A stretch of DNA of 62,701 nucleotides from Minisyncoccota bacterium (GTDB lineage Bacteria > Patescibacteriota > Minisyncoccia > UBA6257 > JAGOQP01). The position numbers and the translations under genes are program-made. The first letter of the stretch is position 1. Each line of letters starts with the position of its first letter. This document shows, in pieces, positions 19,680 through 28,521 of the stretch. The stretch lies in assembly GCA_041674185.1 (NCBI GenBank), contig JBAYWE010000005.1:1-62701 (forward strand), read 5' to 3'. The notes below the pieces were generated by a model. The model saw only the letters and a program-made list of their open reading frames with translations, made no database searches and was not told the origin of the DNA.

Positions 19680-20699
19680 TTAGAGAGTGAAAAATGGATT
19701 AATAAATCCAATAAGAACGAGGCTATTCATAATATTAAATAACGCAAAGAAAATTACCACAAGTCCCGCGGTTTTGAAAAATATTCCTGAGATTGTTTTA
19801 CTACGTATACGCACCGAGGTAAAACTCAAAAGCGCAAGTATCGGCAGTGTTCCAAGTGCAAATGATCCCATAATAAGAGCGCCAGTCCAAAAGTTCCCCA
19901 TAGAAAGTGCGTATAATTGCATGGACTGCGTGAATCCACACGGAAAAAAGAATGTTGCAATTCCTAAGAGAAGTGGCGTCAGAGTACGATTTATTTTTTT
20001 AATTTCCAACGCTCGTTTTGAAATGTGTTTTGGAAGAGTAGGTTGAATTCGCTTTGTCCAAGAAAAAACATCTAGTAAATTTAACCCCAATAAAAACATC
20101 ACCAGGCCAACAAGTAAACTGAGTACGAACGTTCCTGTGTTATTTAACTGAAATGCTGATCCAAGCGCACCAATCACTCCTCCTAATACAAAAAACGAGA
20201 CAATGCGTCCAATATGAAAAAGTGCTTGGGGTCGTATTTTTTCTCCCTCTTTCGCAAAATTTGCAGACATAGAAAGCACCAATCCCCCGACCACCGCCAT
20301 ACACGTAGAGAGTGAGGCAATAACACCAATGAGTATTGCAGTGCCGAATCCCACACTATCTGTAGTAATTAGATTTACAATTCCTAACTTCTGCAAAATG
20401 ATAAACAATAACAGAAATCCAAGCGCAATAGGAATAGCAATTTTAAAATCGGACCAGGCGGTTTTTTGTTCTTGTGTTTCGGTAGAGAATGTATACCCCC
20501 TTTCTTTTACATACCCACTCAATTCTTGAGCGATTTCTTTTTCAGATTTTTCTCCAAAATCACCCTCTATTTCAAGAATTCGTTTCGAAAGATTCACCTT
20601 CACATTCTGTATATCCGCTATCTTTTTCAATTCGCTTTCTATGAACACCACGCATGAGGCGCAATGCATTCCCTGTATATAAAATGTATATATCTTCAT
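19680..20699 (-). CDS. Heavy-metal-associated (HMA) domain fused to a TauE/DsbD-like membrane protein
   Basis: 339 aa. GMHCASCV metal-binding motif followed by about six TM helices. Confidence 0.65.
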   Translation of the reverse strand: MKIYTFYIQGMHCASCVVFIESELKKIADIQNVKVNLSKRILEIEGDFGEKSEKEIAQELSGYVKERGYTFSTETQEQKTAWSDFKIAIPIALGFLLLFIILQKLGIVNLITTDSVGFGTAILIGVIASLSTCMAVVGGLVLSMSANFAKEGEKIRPQALFHIGRIVSFFVLGGVIGALGSAFQLNNTGTFVLSLLVGLVMFLLGLNLLDVFSWTKRIQPTLPKHISKRALEIKKINRTLTPLLLGIATFFFPCGFTQSMQLYALSMGNFWTGALIMGSFALGTLPILALLSFTSVRIRSKTISGIFFKTAGLVVIFFALFNIMNSLVLIGFINPFFTL

Positions 20700-20848
20700 A
20701 AAAAGTAAAATCTAATTATACATACTACTTTTTTATAATACGAACACTGTTTAAAATTTATATAAACTAAGTTATTAAAAATAACAAGATTAACCCAACC
20801 TTATTCATACACAAAAATACAATATAACCGAAAAAGTAAAAAATAGTG

Positions 20849-20919
20849 TGGACCTAGGCGGAATCGGACCGCCGTCTCGGCAATGCGAATGCCGCGTGCT
20901 ACCACTATACCATAGGCCC
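20849..20919 (-). tRNA. tRNA-Ala (anticodon CGC)
   Basis: Manual fold: GGGCCTA acceptor with G3:U70, anticodon loop TTCGCAT, T-arm GGCGGTCCGATTCCGCC. Confidence 0.8.
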
Positions 20920-20925
20920 GTTTCA

Positions 20926-21549
20926 TTAGTTTCCGTAGAACGCGTCAAACTTTTTCAATCCATCATTAAACCGGCCATTCAGATCATTAATATCTTGAGC
21001 TCCTTTATTCACTTTCGTAATAATATCATTCATCGCAACATAGTTTCGATACCCATTTACTAATTCTTCTTGCGCTAATATCAATAATTGATTTAAATCA
21101 TTGTTATATGAAAGTAGTTGAGCAATAAGTGCGGTTTCTTGAGAAATAGCAACGAGTGCCGTTTGAGCTGCATCATCAGGAGAGATGTTAGGAATATCTT
21201 TTGCCATTTGTTCAAGCTGTAATGCAAGTTGAATGGCCTTTTCACGGATATCTTTATTCTTCTGAATTTCAGCAGTGATCATATCTGCAATTTCAGAACG
21301 TGTTTTAAAAACTCCTCCTTTTTGAAGGGCAGTAATATTTTTATTAGTCTCATCAAGCATAGAAACAATTCCTTGCGCATATAATGAAGCGGCCTGGCGA
21401 GAAGTAGAAAATGTATCAGGAACTCCCCCTCCCGATAAGGAAGAGAAGATAAAAGCAAGAAATGCGACGACAATAACGCTAGCGGCTACTATGAGTGTTA
21501 TTTGGGTTTTTCTACTAAATTTATTCTTCCACACAAGAAATGTATGCAT
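20926..21549 (-). CDS. Membrane-anchored hypothetical protein
   Basis: 207 aa, one N-terminal TM, helical remainder. No family recognised. Confidence 0.4.
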   Translation of the reverse strand: MHTFLVWKNKFSRKTQITLIVAASVIVVAFLAFIFSSLSGGGVPDTFSTSRQAASLYAQGIVSMLDETNKNITALQKGGVFKTRSEIADMITAEIQKNKDIREKAIQLALQLEQMAKDIPNISPDDAAQTALVAISQETALIAQLLSYNNDLNQLLILAQEELVNGYRNYVAMNDIITKVNKGAQDINDLNGRFNDGLKKFDAFYGN

Positions 21550-21673
21550 ATATGATATTTCATCAGGGTATCAAAATTATTGCAAAAATCAAGCGTATGT
21601 GTTACCATATTCAAACTTTAGACGTTATTATATTCAATAAAAAAACGGGAAGTATTCTTTTAAAAAATGGTTC

Positions 21674-21745
21674 GCGGGTATGGTATAATGGCTATTATGT
21701 CACCCTTCCAAGGTGAAGATGAGGGTTCGATTCCCTTTACCCGCT
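21674..21745 (+). tRNA. tRNA-Gly (anticodon TCC)
   Basis: Manual fold: GCGGGTA acceptor, anticodon stem TCACC/GGTGA with loop CTTCCAA, T-arm GAGGGTTCGATTCCCTT. Confidence 0.9.
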
Positions 21746-21748
21746 CAT

Positions 21749-21785
21749 AATAAAATTTTTATCCCTTGCGGATATAAATTTTATT
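21749..21785 (+). terminator. A/T-rich hairpin after tRNA-Gly
   Basis: 16-nt arms aataaaatttttatcc / ggatataaattttatt with one mismatch; loop cttgc. Confidence 0.45.
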
Positions 21786-21787
21786 AA

Positions 21788-21967
21788 GCGGGTAAAGTGA
21801 GCAAACTGCTTTGCTCACGTAGGGAATCGAACGACGGAGCATATGCGAGTAGCAACGAGCATAGCGAGTCGGTGGTTAGCCCGAGGAGTGCGACGGCACG
21901 ACGAGAGGCGAAACCGATGACCTTTACCCATTAGGGAGAGCAGACTGATGAAGAGGATTCCCTTTAC
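21788..21967 (+). ncRNA. tRNA-linked conserved element, copy E1 (unclassified structured RNA or miniature element)
   Basis: Shares long identical runs with 51475-51613. Contains agggaatcgaac, antisense to the tRNA-Gly T-arm. Ends with gattccctttac, identical to 21729-21740 of tRNA-Gly. Confidence 0.4.
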
Positions 21968-21979
21968 AAAAATTAATCT

Positions 21980-22003
21980 GGGCCGTTAGCTTAGTTGGTA
22001 GAG
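21980..22003 (+). pseudogene. 24-nt duplicate of the 5' end (acceptor plus D-arm) of the downstream tRNA-Ala
   Basis: gggccgttagcttagttggtagag is identical to 22060-22083. It is followed by the hairpin ggataaaaat...atttttatcc (22003-22034). Confidence 0.7.
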
Positions 22004-22059
22004 GATAAAAATATATATAGATACATTTTTATCCATTTGCTTTTTCTTTTAAAACATGT

Positions 22060-22135
22060 GGGCCGTTAGCTTAGTTGGTAGAGCGCGTCATTTGCAATGA
22101 CGAGGTCACCGGTTCGAATCCGGTACGGTCCACCA
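22060..22135 (+). tRNA. tRNA-Ala (anticodon TGC), CCA encoded
   Basis: Manual fold: GGGCCGT acceptor with G3:U70, anticodon loop TTTGCAA, T-arm CCGGTTCGAATCCGG, 3' ACCA. Confidence 0.95.
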
Positions 22136-22142
22136 AAAAAAT

Positions 22143-22170
22143 AAACCCCCTTGATGGGGGTTTATTTTTT
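22143..22170. terminator. Bidirectional Rho-independent terminator
   Basis: aaaccccc ttgat gggggttt followed by a T-run. Shared by tRNA-Ala (+) and the sortase gene (-). Confidence 0.7.
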
Positions 22171-22824
22171 ATCAGCAAAAACCACCGTTCGATTGGAATA
22201 CCTATTCTGATCTTCGTTCCAATCCCCTCCACACGTGATAAGATTCAAATGAACTTTTCCATCGGTTGAAATAAATACATCTGATGCATCTTGATTCTCT
22301 TTATAGGTCTCAACCCTGTTTACAGAAAAAATAGTAACCACTTTATTTTCATCTTCAATATATATTTCATCACCCTTGATTAAGGTATAGAGCACATCAA
22401 ACACAGCAGGGACGCCATCCTTCCATCCATAATGTCCGACTAAAACAGCATTACCAATTTCACCCGGAATCGGTCCCTGATTATACCAGGCAACTTCATG
22501 AGGGCTTTCAGGAGCATCCATAGCTCCTGTTGAAGTTAAGCCAACAGATATAACAGAAGCATTAATATTTATTTTAGGAATTCTAATACGGAATGGTTTT
22601 GTAACTGATAGAATTGAAGCTTCTACGTGTGCTACAGAGGGGGAAGAGAGAGCGCCTGTTTCACTTAAAAAAACAGAAGAACCTTTGATAAAAAATTCTG
22701 GGGTTTTTTTAATTAAGTTATCATAATTAAAATAAAGAAGGACAAGAGTACAAAAAATTATCGCCATAAGAACAATATATAATATCGTTCTCATAGAAAT
22801 AGTTTTTGTAAACATATATGTCAT
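22162..22824 (-). CDS. Sortase-family transpeptidase
   Basis: 220 aa. N-terminal TM, catalytic His (VLVGHYG), TLxTC-type Cys motif (LNLITCGG), conserved Arg (NRTVVFA). Confidence 0.8.
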   Translation of the reverse strand: MTYMFTKTISMRTILYIVLMAIIFCTLVLLYFNYDNLIKKTPEFFIKGSSVFLSETGALSSPSVAHVEASILSVTKPFRIRIPKININASVISVGLTSTGAMDAPESPHEVAWYNQGPIPGEIGNAVLVGHYGWKDGVPAVFDVLYTLIKGDEIYIEDENKVVTIFSVNRVETYKENQDASDVFISTDGKVHLNLITCGGDWNEDQNRYSNRTVVFADKK

Positions 22825-24224
22825 AAACTACGAACGCGTACTATTGCATACGAGGAAACAGAAATGAAAAGCAACACACCAAGTACAAAAGTAATATTTT
22901 CTAAAATAGATTTACTCTGAGGAGCAAATCCGGCATACGGAAAGTTTGGGACAAAAGTAGTATGCGTAGTATAGGTAGTAAGGGGGGAAAATACTGTTGT
23001 AGGATATGGTATCAGAGAAGCTACAACAAGAGGAGTTACGGGTGCTACAGGAGAAGTCTGGGTAATACCCGTATATACACACAACGCCGGGTTACTTGCA
23101 GAGAAATAATCATAATTTGATGCCTTAGGATCATTACATCCATAGCGCGTGCTGCCACCACCTCCTGACGATGAACTAGAAATGACAGCAATATCATCAT
23201 TCGTAATGGTACAAGTTTCATTGTCACCCGATACAAGAGTAATAGTACCACTCAAACAATTTCCAGAAAATGATTGCACGTAATAACCAGCGTCATATGT
23301 TTCTGATATAACATGAGCACCCACAGAAACAGTATTAGCTGAACCCGAACTCACCGCAATACCATCAATAAATAATGGAAAATTACCCACTGATCTACCT
23401 CCCCCATTATTATTCACTACAGATTTTACTATAGTAAGTTGAGGACTCACAATCGCCTCACCGCTCACGGTATTGCCAATCAATGTAACATCAGTTTGTC
23501 CCAAAGCTCTTCCATGTAATACAGCACCATTTTGTCCCGCAATAGTTGAAGCACCGGGACCGCCAAGAATGTTCCCCTCAAAAATGGATCCTGGTTCAAG
23601 AGTCGTAGCACCCGCAACCGCCCAGAAAATATTTTTAGCCTGTGCTGCGCCACCTAATAATATTTTTTTACCGGCACTAATATTTAAAGTTCCCGGTATT
23701 TGAAATATCCAGACGTCAGTTGCACTCCCCGTAAGAGTAACATCATCGGTAATAATCACATTCCCCGCTCCATCAAAAGTATACACGCCTGTTACCAGAT
23801 TTAAACCAGCTAAATCGCCCAATCCTGCGTTTAAAACATCAGTTGCTCGTGAGTTTGCATCCGTATATGCCGCTTCCATAGCACTCACTGCGGTACCAAC
23901 ATAACTCGGGGTTGGCGCGGTATAACTAGAAGCATACACCTTTCCCGTCACGAGAACAGAAATAGCATAGGTACCAGAAGCATCAAGAACTAATGAAAAT
24001 CCAGTCATCGTACTTGCGGCAGCCGGACTAACTCCAATATCTCCTGTAATAGCAGTCACCCCCGTGGTAGTAATTGCCGTTTTTGAAAGAATACTGAAGT
24101 TCCCCGCAGAACCAAGATTTACAACCGCGGGACTTGCGGCTAAAACCGATATCGGACCCATAAAACCAAATATCAGAGTACTGATAGTGATAAGGGTAAT
24201 TAATTTTTTATTCATTTTGTTCAT
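22821..24224 (-). CDS. Surface protein with ice-binding-like (DUF3494) beta-solenoid domain and a C-terminal anchor
   Basis: 467 aa. Signal peptide. LGSAGNFSILSKTAITTTGVTAITGDIGVSP matches the DUF3494 N-terminal signature. C-terminus has FPYAG, then a hydrophobic helix, then RVRSL. Confidence 0.75.
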   Translation of the reverse strand: MNKMNKKLITLITISTLIFGFMGPISVLAASPAVVNLGSAGNFSILSKTAITTTGVTAITGDIGVSPAAASTMTGFSLVLDASGTYAISVLVTGKVYASSYTAPTPSYVGTAVSAMEAAYTDANSRATDVLNAGLGDLAGLNLVTGVYTFDGAGNVIITDDVTLTGSATDVWIFQIPGTLNISAGKKILLGGAAQAKNIFWAVAGATTLEPGSIFEGNILGGPGASTIAGQNGAVLHGRALGQTDVTLIGNTVSGEAIVSPQLTIVKSVVNNNGGGRSVGNFPLFIDGIAVSSGSANTVSVGAHVISETYDAGYYVQSFSGNCLSGTITLVSGDNETCTITNDDIAVISSSSSGGGGSTRYGCNDPKASNYDYFSASNPALCVYTGITQTSPVAPVTPLVVASLIPYPTTVFSPLTTYTTHTTFVPNFPYAGFAPQSKSILENITFVLGVLLFISVSSYAIVRVRSL

Positions 24225-24295
24225 ATATATATTGTTTTAACTGCTTCAATAATAGTTCTCTATACCTAGTACGCCGTTGTAATGATAGATATATT

Positions 24296-24332
24296 ACAAA
24301 AAAAACACACCCGTATCACGAAAATGGTGTGT
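24296..24332 (-). terminator. Rho-independent terminator
   Basis: acacacc / ggtgtgt stem followed by a T-run on the minus strand. Confidence 0.5.
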
Positions 24333-24400
24333 ATAAAATAAAGGATACTAAAAAGAAATACCCGTTCTTAAAAATTTAGCTCAAAAAAATTACAAAACCC

Positions 24401-24742
24401 TTATCGAATTTCACTCCCCGGAGTAATATTTTCTAAAGTAGTTAAAAGTATAGGTCCTTCAGAATCATTACTTGCCGCAAGCAACATCCCCTGACTCTCT
24501 AGTCCCATGAGAGAACGAGGTTCAAGATTTGCCACAATAATAATTGTTTTCCCTATAAGGATCTCCGGTTCATACTTCTTTCCAATACCCGCAACAATCT
24601 GACGAGTTATGTCTTCGCCTTCAGAAGTTTTTCCTTCAACAACACAGAGTTGTAATAATTTTTCAGATCCCTCAACGCGTTGCGCGGTTTTTACCAATAC
24701 AGTCTTTAATTCTACTTTTTTAAACTCTTCGTAAGAAATCAT
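24401..24742 (-). CDS. tRNA-binding domain protein (CsaA/Trbp111-like)
   Basis: 113 aa OB-fold. FKKVELKTVLV...EKLLQLCV...IVAGIGKKY...GKTIIIVANLEPRSLMGLESQGMLLAA. Confidence 0.8.
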   Translation of the reverse strand: MISYEEFKKVELKTVLVKTAQRVEGSEKLLQLCVVEGKTSEGEDITRQIVAGIGKKYEPEILIGKTIIIVANLEPRSLMGLESQGMLLAASNDSEGPILLTTLENITPGSEIR

Positions 24743-24743
24743 A

Positions 24744-25430
24744 TTATATTACTTTTTTAAATGTTTGTTTTTTCGCTTTATATAGTTCATACCTGTTTTG
24801 TAATTCAGAAGAAAGAAGCAGTTCGCCTTCATGATTTAAAAAGGCATCAAACAAAGATTCTAATTCCTGTATATAAGCTGTATCAAAAGATACCCGTAAA
24901 GAAGAAAGTCTCAAATCACCTTGTTGACGCATAAGTGCATGTGCATCTTCTAATGAAATAGTTTCCAAACGAGCCAAATCTAAATACCCACGATGATCCC
25001 CCAATGCATTCGCAACACCCGGTTCAAAATATTTTAATCCAGAAAGATAAAGTTTCCCCTGATGAGATCCTAGATAACGAGCGGTGTCTGAAGAAAGTGT
25101 CGTTATTCCTGCAAGATTAAGAAATTCTAAACGCTGAACAAGTATTCCGGCGATTGTAGGTGAAAGTGTTGTAAGTTCATGCACATGAGCAAATGAACCA
25201 TGCTCAATTTCTCTGAATACACGCTGATCATCTTCTGAATATTCATGAGAAGTTTTATTTTTAGAAATAGATTCTGGTGATGAAAAACCTTTCTGAGTAT
25301 CATGAATCTCATCTTCATCATACTCAGTATGATCAAGATACTCCATATACTCACTTGTATGCATTTTTTCCATTTCCCCTTGTATATTAGGGTTAATAAA
25401 ATATTCTGGTTGAAAGGGGTTTTTTTGCAT
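24744..25430 (-). CDS. Hypothetical protein, acidic N-terminus plus leucine-rich repeats
   Basis: 228 aa with repeated L..L.L..L segments. No family recognised. Confidence 0.4.
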   Translation of the reverse strand: MQKNPFQPEYFINPNIQGEMEKMHTSEYMEYLDHTEYDEDEIHDTQKGFSSPESISKNKTSHEYSEDDQRVFREIEHGSFAHVHELTTLSPTIAGILVQRLEFLNLAGITTLSSDTARYLGSHQGKLYLSGLKYFEPGVANALGDHRGYLDLARLETISLEDAHALMRQQGDLRLSSLRVSFDTAYIQELESLFDAFLNHEGELLLSSELQNRYELYKAKKQTFKKVI

Positions 25431-25475
25431 ATATTTCCTTTTTTATAATAGCATGATATGGTATCTCAAAAGTTA

Positions 25476-25546
25476 CGGGGCGGAGTATGTCGGTAGTACG
25501 CACGCTTCGGGTGCGTGTAGACCGAGTTCAATTCTCGGCGCCCCGA
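25476..25546 (+). tRNA. tRNA-Pro (anticodon CGG)
   Basis: Manual fold: CGGGGCG acceptor, anticodon stem CACGC/GCGTG with loop TTCGGGT, T-arm CCGAGTTCAATTCTCGG. Confidence 0.85.
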
Positions 25547-25566
25547 CAAAATTATTAATGAGAATA

Positions 25567-26514
25567 TTATTTTGGCATCACTTCTTGTAGTACTAAAGTG
25601 ATAACTTCCACTGATTTTTGTAACTGATTTTGTTCTTCTTGAGAAAGAGTTACGGGTATAATTTTTTGCACCCCCTTCCGTCCTATAAGAGCGGGAACAG
25701 AAACACATACATCATCAAACCCATATTCTCCCTCCAAAAGAGTAGACACAGGAAACGCATAATTCTCATTGTGTAATATAGCCCGCACCATACGAGCGAT
25801 AACTAACGCAATTGCATAATAAGTAGCCCCTTTTTTAGAAATAATTTCCCCTGCGGCATGTTTGGTTTGTTCAGATATTTCTTGCATTTTTTTCTCATTA
25901 TAGGCCGGGAAATTTTTAATGGATTCACCCATAATATGAGCGCTTGAAAGCGCGGGAAATTCACTATCGCCATGCTCTCCGAACATATAGGCATCAACGC
26001 TATCTGGAGACACATCAAATTCCTGTGCGAGGAGATATTTTAATCGAGAAGAGTCAAGGGTTGTTCCTGTCCCAAATACCTGATTTTTTGAAAATCCTGA
26101 TTCTTTCAGTGCTATATATGTCATAACATCTAACGGATTGGTAACCATAAGAATAATAGCATCTTTCGTATAAGACACGATTTGCTTTACAATTTCACGA
26201 ACAATTTTTGTATTTGTACTCGCAAGTTCTAATCGTGTTTGTCCTGGCTTCTGTCCAATTCCTGCGGTAATAACAACAACATCTGCATCAGCACAATCAC
26301 TATATTCCCCGGCCCATACACGAGCACCCGGAACAAAGGGCAGTCCATGCTCTATATCCATAGCTTCTCCCTGGCTTTTCTCTTTATTCACATCAACCAA
26401 AACAATTTCAGAAGCAATCCCCTGCACCATTAAGGTGAACGCTGCAGTAGATCCCACAAACCCACTTCCTATAATAACAACGCGAGTTGTTTCAATTTTA
26501 TTAGATTCTGTCAT
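25567..26514 (-). CDS. ldh: L-lactate dehydrogenase
   Basis: 315 aa. GSGFVGS NAD-binding motif. Substrate loop GIGQKPGQTRLEL has Gln (LDH-type) rather than the Arg seen in MDH. Catalytic His in FGEHGDS. Confidence 0.85.
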   Translation of the reverse strand: MTESNKIETTRVVIIGSGFVGSTAAFTLMVQGIASEIVLVDVNKEKSQGEAMDIEHGLPFVPGARVWAGEYSDCADADVVVITAGIGQKPGQTRLELASTNTKIVREIVKQIVSYTKDAIILMVTNPLDVMTYIALKESGFSKNQVFGTGTTLDSSRLKYLLAQEFDVSPDSVDAYMFGEHGDSEFPALSSAHIMGESIKNFPAYNEKKMQEISEQTKHAAGEIISKKGATYYAIALVIARMVRAILHNENYAFPVSTLLEGEYGFDDVCVSVPALIGRKGVQKIIPVTLSQEEQNQLQKSVEVITLVLQEVMPK

Positions 26515-26635
26515 ATCAGATACTATTATTTTATTTTTATACTTATAAACTAACTATATACAGCAGTATACCCTAGGCTCATATGAATTTCCAACCACAT
26601 TCACTCATCTTATAGAGCAAAAAACTAATCTCTGA

Positions 26636-26680
26636 TTCCTATATAAAAAAGAGAGGTTATCTCTCTTTTTTATATAGGAA
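26636..26680. terminator. 20-bp perfect-arm hairpin, bidirectional terminator
   Basis: ttcctatataaaaaagagag / ctctcttttttatataggaa. Confidence 0.6.
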
Positions 26681-26703
26681 TTCGTCAACCGCCATCTGAA
26701 TTA

Positions 26704-28521
26704 CTATTTATCTAATTGATGTTTTACCAATGTTGCATAGGTAGAGCATGTTTTCAGAAGTTCACGATGAGTTCCCATTCCCACCACCACACCATCCTCT
26801 AATACAATAATAGTATCGGCATCCTTTACGGTGGAAAGTCTATGAGCAATTACAATCGTCGTGCGTCCTTTTGAGGCATCCTGCATAGATTCCTGAATCA
26901 AATGTTCATTTTCAGTATCTAAACTCGAAGTTGCTTCATCAAAAATCAAAATGCGAGGATCTTTTGCAAGAGCTCGTGCAATACCTACTCGTTGACGCTC
27001 TCCTCCAGAAAGTTTAATTCCCTTCTCCCCAATAGCAGTATCAAATCCTTTTTCTAATTTGTGAAGAAAACCGTCAACTCGAGAAGTATGAGCAATACCA
27101 AGTAATTCAGCATCAGACAAAGTTGGTTCATGTTCATCGCGTCCAAAGGTAATATTATATCGTAAGGTATTATCAAAGAGCGAAACTTGTTGTTCAACTA
27201 ATCCAATAGAACGACGATACCGGCTCAAATCTATATTTTTAATGTCATGAGTGTCAACAGAAATGTACCCTGCATCAGGATCGTATGCACGTAACAATAA
27301 ATGAACAATAGTTGATTTTCCCGCTCCTGAAGGACCCACAATTGCTACCCGAGAACCCGCAGGAATAGCAAACGAAACATCACGTAATGCGGGTTTATTT
27401 GTTTTTTCTTCTTCAAGTGAAACGTTATCAACATCTGCTTCGGTATCTTGAATATACCGACGTTTCGGATAGGCAAATGAAACGTGATCAAAAACAACGG
27501 ACCCAACGACGGTAGACACATCTTCTGGTGCGGAAGATGAAGTAACCGCGGGAGAAATATCAAAGAACTCAAATAGTTTCTGAACTGAAGTTCCCATATC
27601 TAACAAACGACGATGTACCGCCCCAATATCAGAGAGTCGCCCAAACGCATCAGATGACCATGAAATAAGTACGACAATATATCCAGGAAGAAAGACTCCC
27701 TCAGTAACATACCAAACTCCCAAAACCATAACCAAGGTACGAGTCACGATAGAAATAATATCACGCAGACGAGACATACGCGTAAACCAAAGCCACACAT
27801 CTCTCCCATATTCTCCAATATGGGCATAGTTTTCGTCCATCTCTTTTAATGCACGCTTCTCTTGCGCGTTTACCTGAATAAGTTCTACATTGCGCAATAA
27901 CTCAAATTCAAGTTTTCCATTTTCATCCCACATATCTTGTAAAGATCGTACTTTAGGTTGGAACGAACGATTAATATAAAAAGAAACAATGAGAAATAGA
28001 CCAGCCCCCACCCAAACAACAGCGCCAATAACCATGTGAGACCATGCAATCGCGATCAACATAAACAATAAACGAAGTACATCAGGAAATAATTCATAGA
28101 GAACCGTGAACGCAAGTGTAGAAAGCGAATGTTTTCCACGATTCATAATACTCTGCTTAATACCTGAATGGTGATTATTATGTTGCCCAATAGAAAGAGA
28201 AAGAAATTTACCAAATGATTCTTTAGTAATATGTCTATCTATTTGAAAATCAACATGACGTAATTCATATACATCTCTCAAATAACCAAAAAGAAGGTTT
28301 ACCATCCATAAAAGAAATGAAAGTCCAATCCACCATACCACCACGCCAAAAGAGGACCCCAAAAATAAAGAGTCAACAACTTGACCGTAAGCTAATGGAG
28401 AAACAATAGAAACTCCCTGAGAAAGAGCCACAAACCCAAGAGATACCAAAAACTGCCATCGAAAAACCCTCAGATGGCGATAAATGCGCTTAATAAATGA
28501 AAAAGATGAAAAAATACGCAT
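26704..28521 (-). CDS. ABC exporter, fused permease and ATPase (MsbA/type I exporter-like)
   Basis: 605 aa. Six-TM domain, Walker A GPSGAGKST, signature LSGGERQR, Walker B ILIFDEATS. Confidence 0.85.
   Translation of the reverse strand: MRIFSSFSFIKRIYRHLRVFRWQFLVSLGFVALSQGVSIVSPLAYGQVVDSLFLGSSFGVVVWWIGLSFLLWMVNLLFGYLRDVYELRHVDFQIDRHITKESFGKFLSLSIGQHNNHHSGIKQSIMNRGKHSLSTLAFTVLYELFPDVLRLLFMLIAIAWSHMVIGAVVWVGAGLFLIVSFYINRSFQPKVRSLQDMWDENGKLEFELLRNVELIQVNAQEKRALKEMDENYAHIGEYGRDVWLWFTRMSRLRDIISIVTRTLVMVLGVWYVTEGVFLPGYIVVLISWSSDAFGRLSDIGAVHRRLLDMGTSVQKLFEFFDISPAVTSSSAPEDVSTVVGSVVFDHVSFAYPKRRYIQDTEADVDNVSLEEEKTNKPALRDVSFAIPAGSRVAIVGPSGAGKSTIVHLLLRAYDPDAGYISVDTHDIKNIDLSRYRRSIGLVEQQVSLFDNTLRYNITFGRDEHEPTLSDAELLGIAHTSRVDGFLHKLEKGFDTAIGEKGIKLSGGERQRVGIARALAKDPRILIFDEATSSLDTENEHLIQESMQDASKGRTTIVIAHRLSTVKDADTIIVLEDGVVVGMGTHRELLKTCSTYATLVKHQLDK

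Noticed and set aside
21788-21929. The conserved E1/E2 core might encode a small peptide. The same frame is open in both: ...KLLCSRRESNDGAYASSNEHSESVVSP... versus ...KLLCVRGDLNDGACANNCEHSESVVSPN.
   Set aside because: - There is no ATG or RBS in E1.
- The differences between copies track the adjacent tRNA sequence and include a compensatory stem change.
- The frames end at different points.

RNA- or DNA-level constraint is the better explanation.
21911-21960. Hammerhead-ribozyme-like strings in E1: GAAAC at 21911-21915 and CUGAUGA at 21945-21951.
   Set aside because: The flanking sequences that would have to form stem II are same-sense rather than complementary (gagaggc versus agagga). The CUGAUGA box is absent from E2 and E3.
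21788-21967. E elements as tmRNA, T-box, group II intron remnant, or minus-strand tRNA genes.
   Set aside because: - Too short for tmRNA, and present in three copies.
- No specifier or T-box motif.
- No GUGYG 5' end or domain V.
- On the minus strand, only a T-loop/T-stem-3'/acceptor-3'-like 20-mer is present. It has no complementary T-stem or acceptor 5' strand, so no cloverleaf can form.
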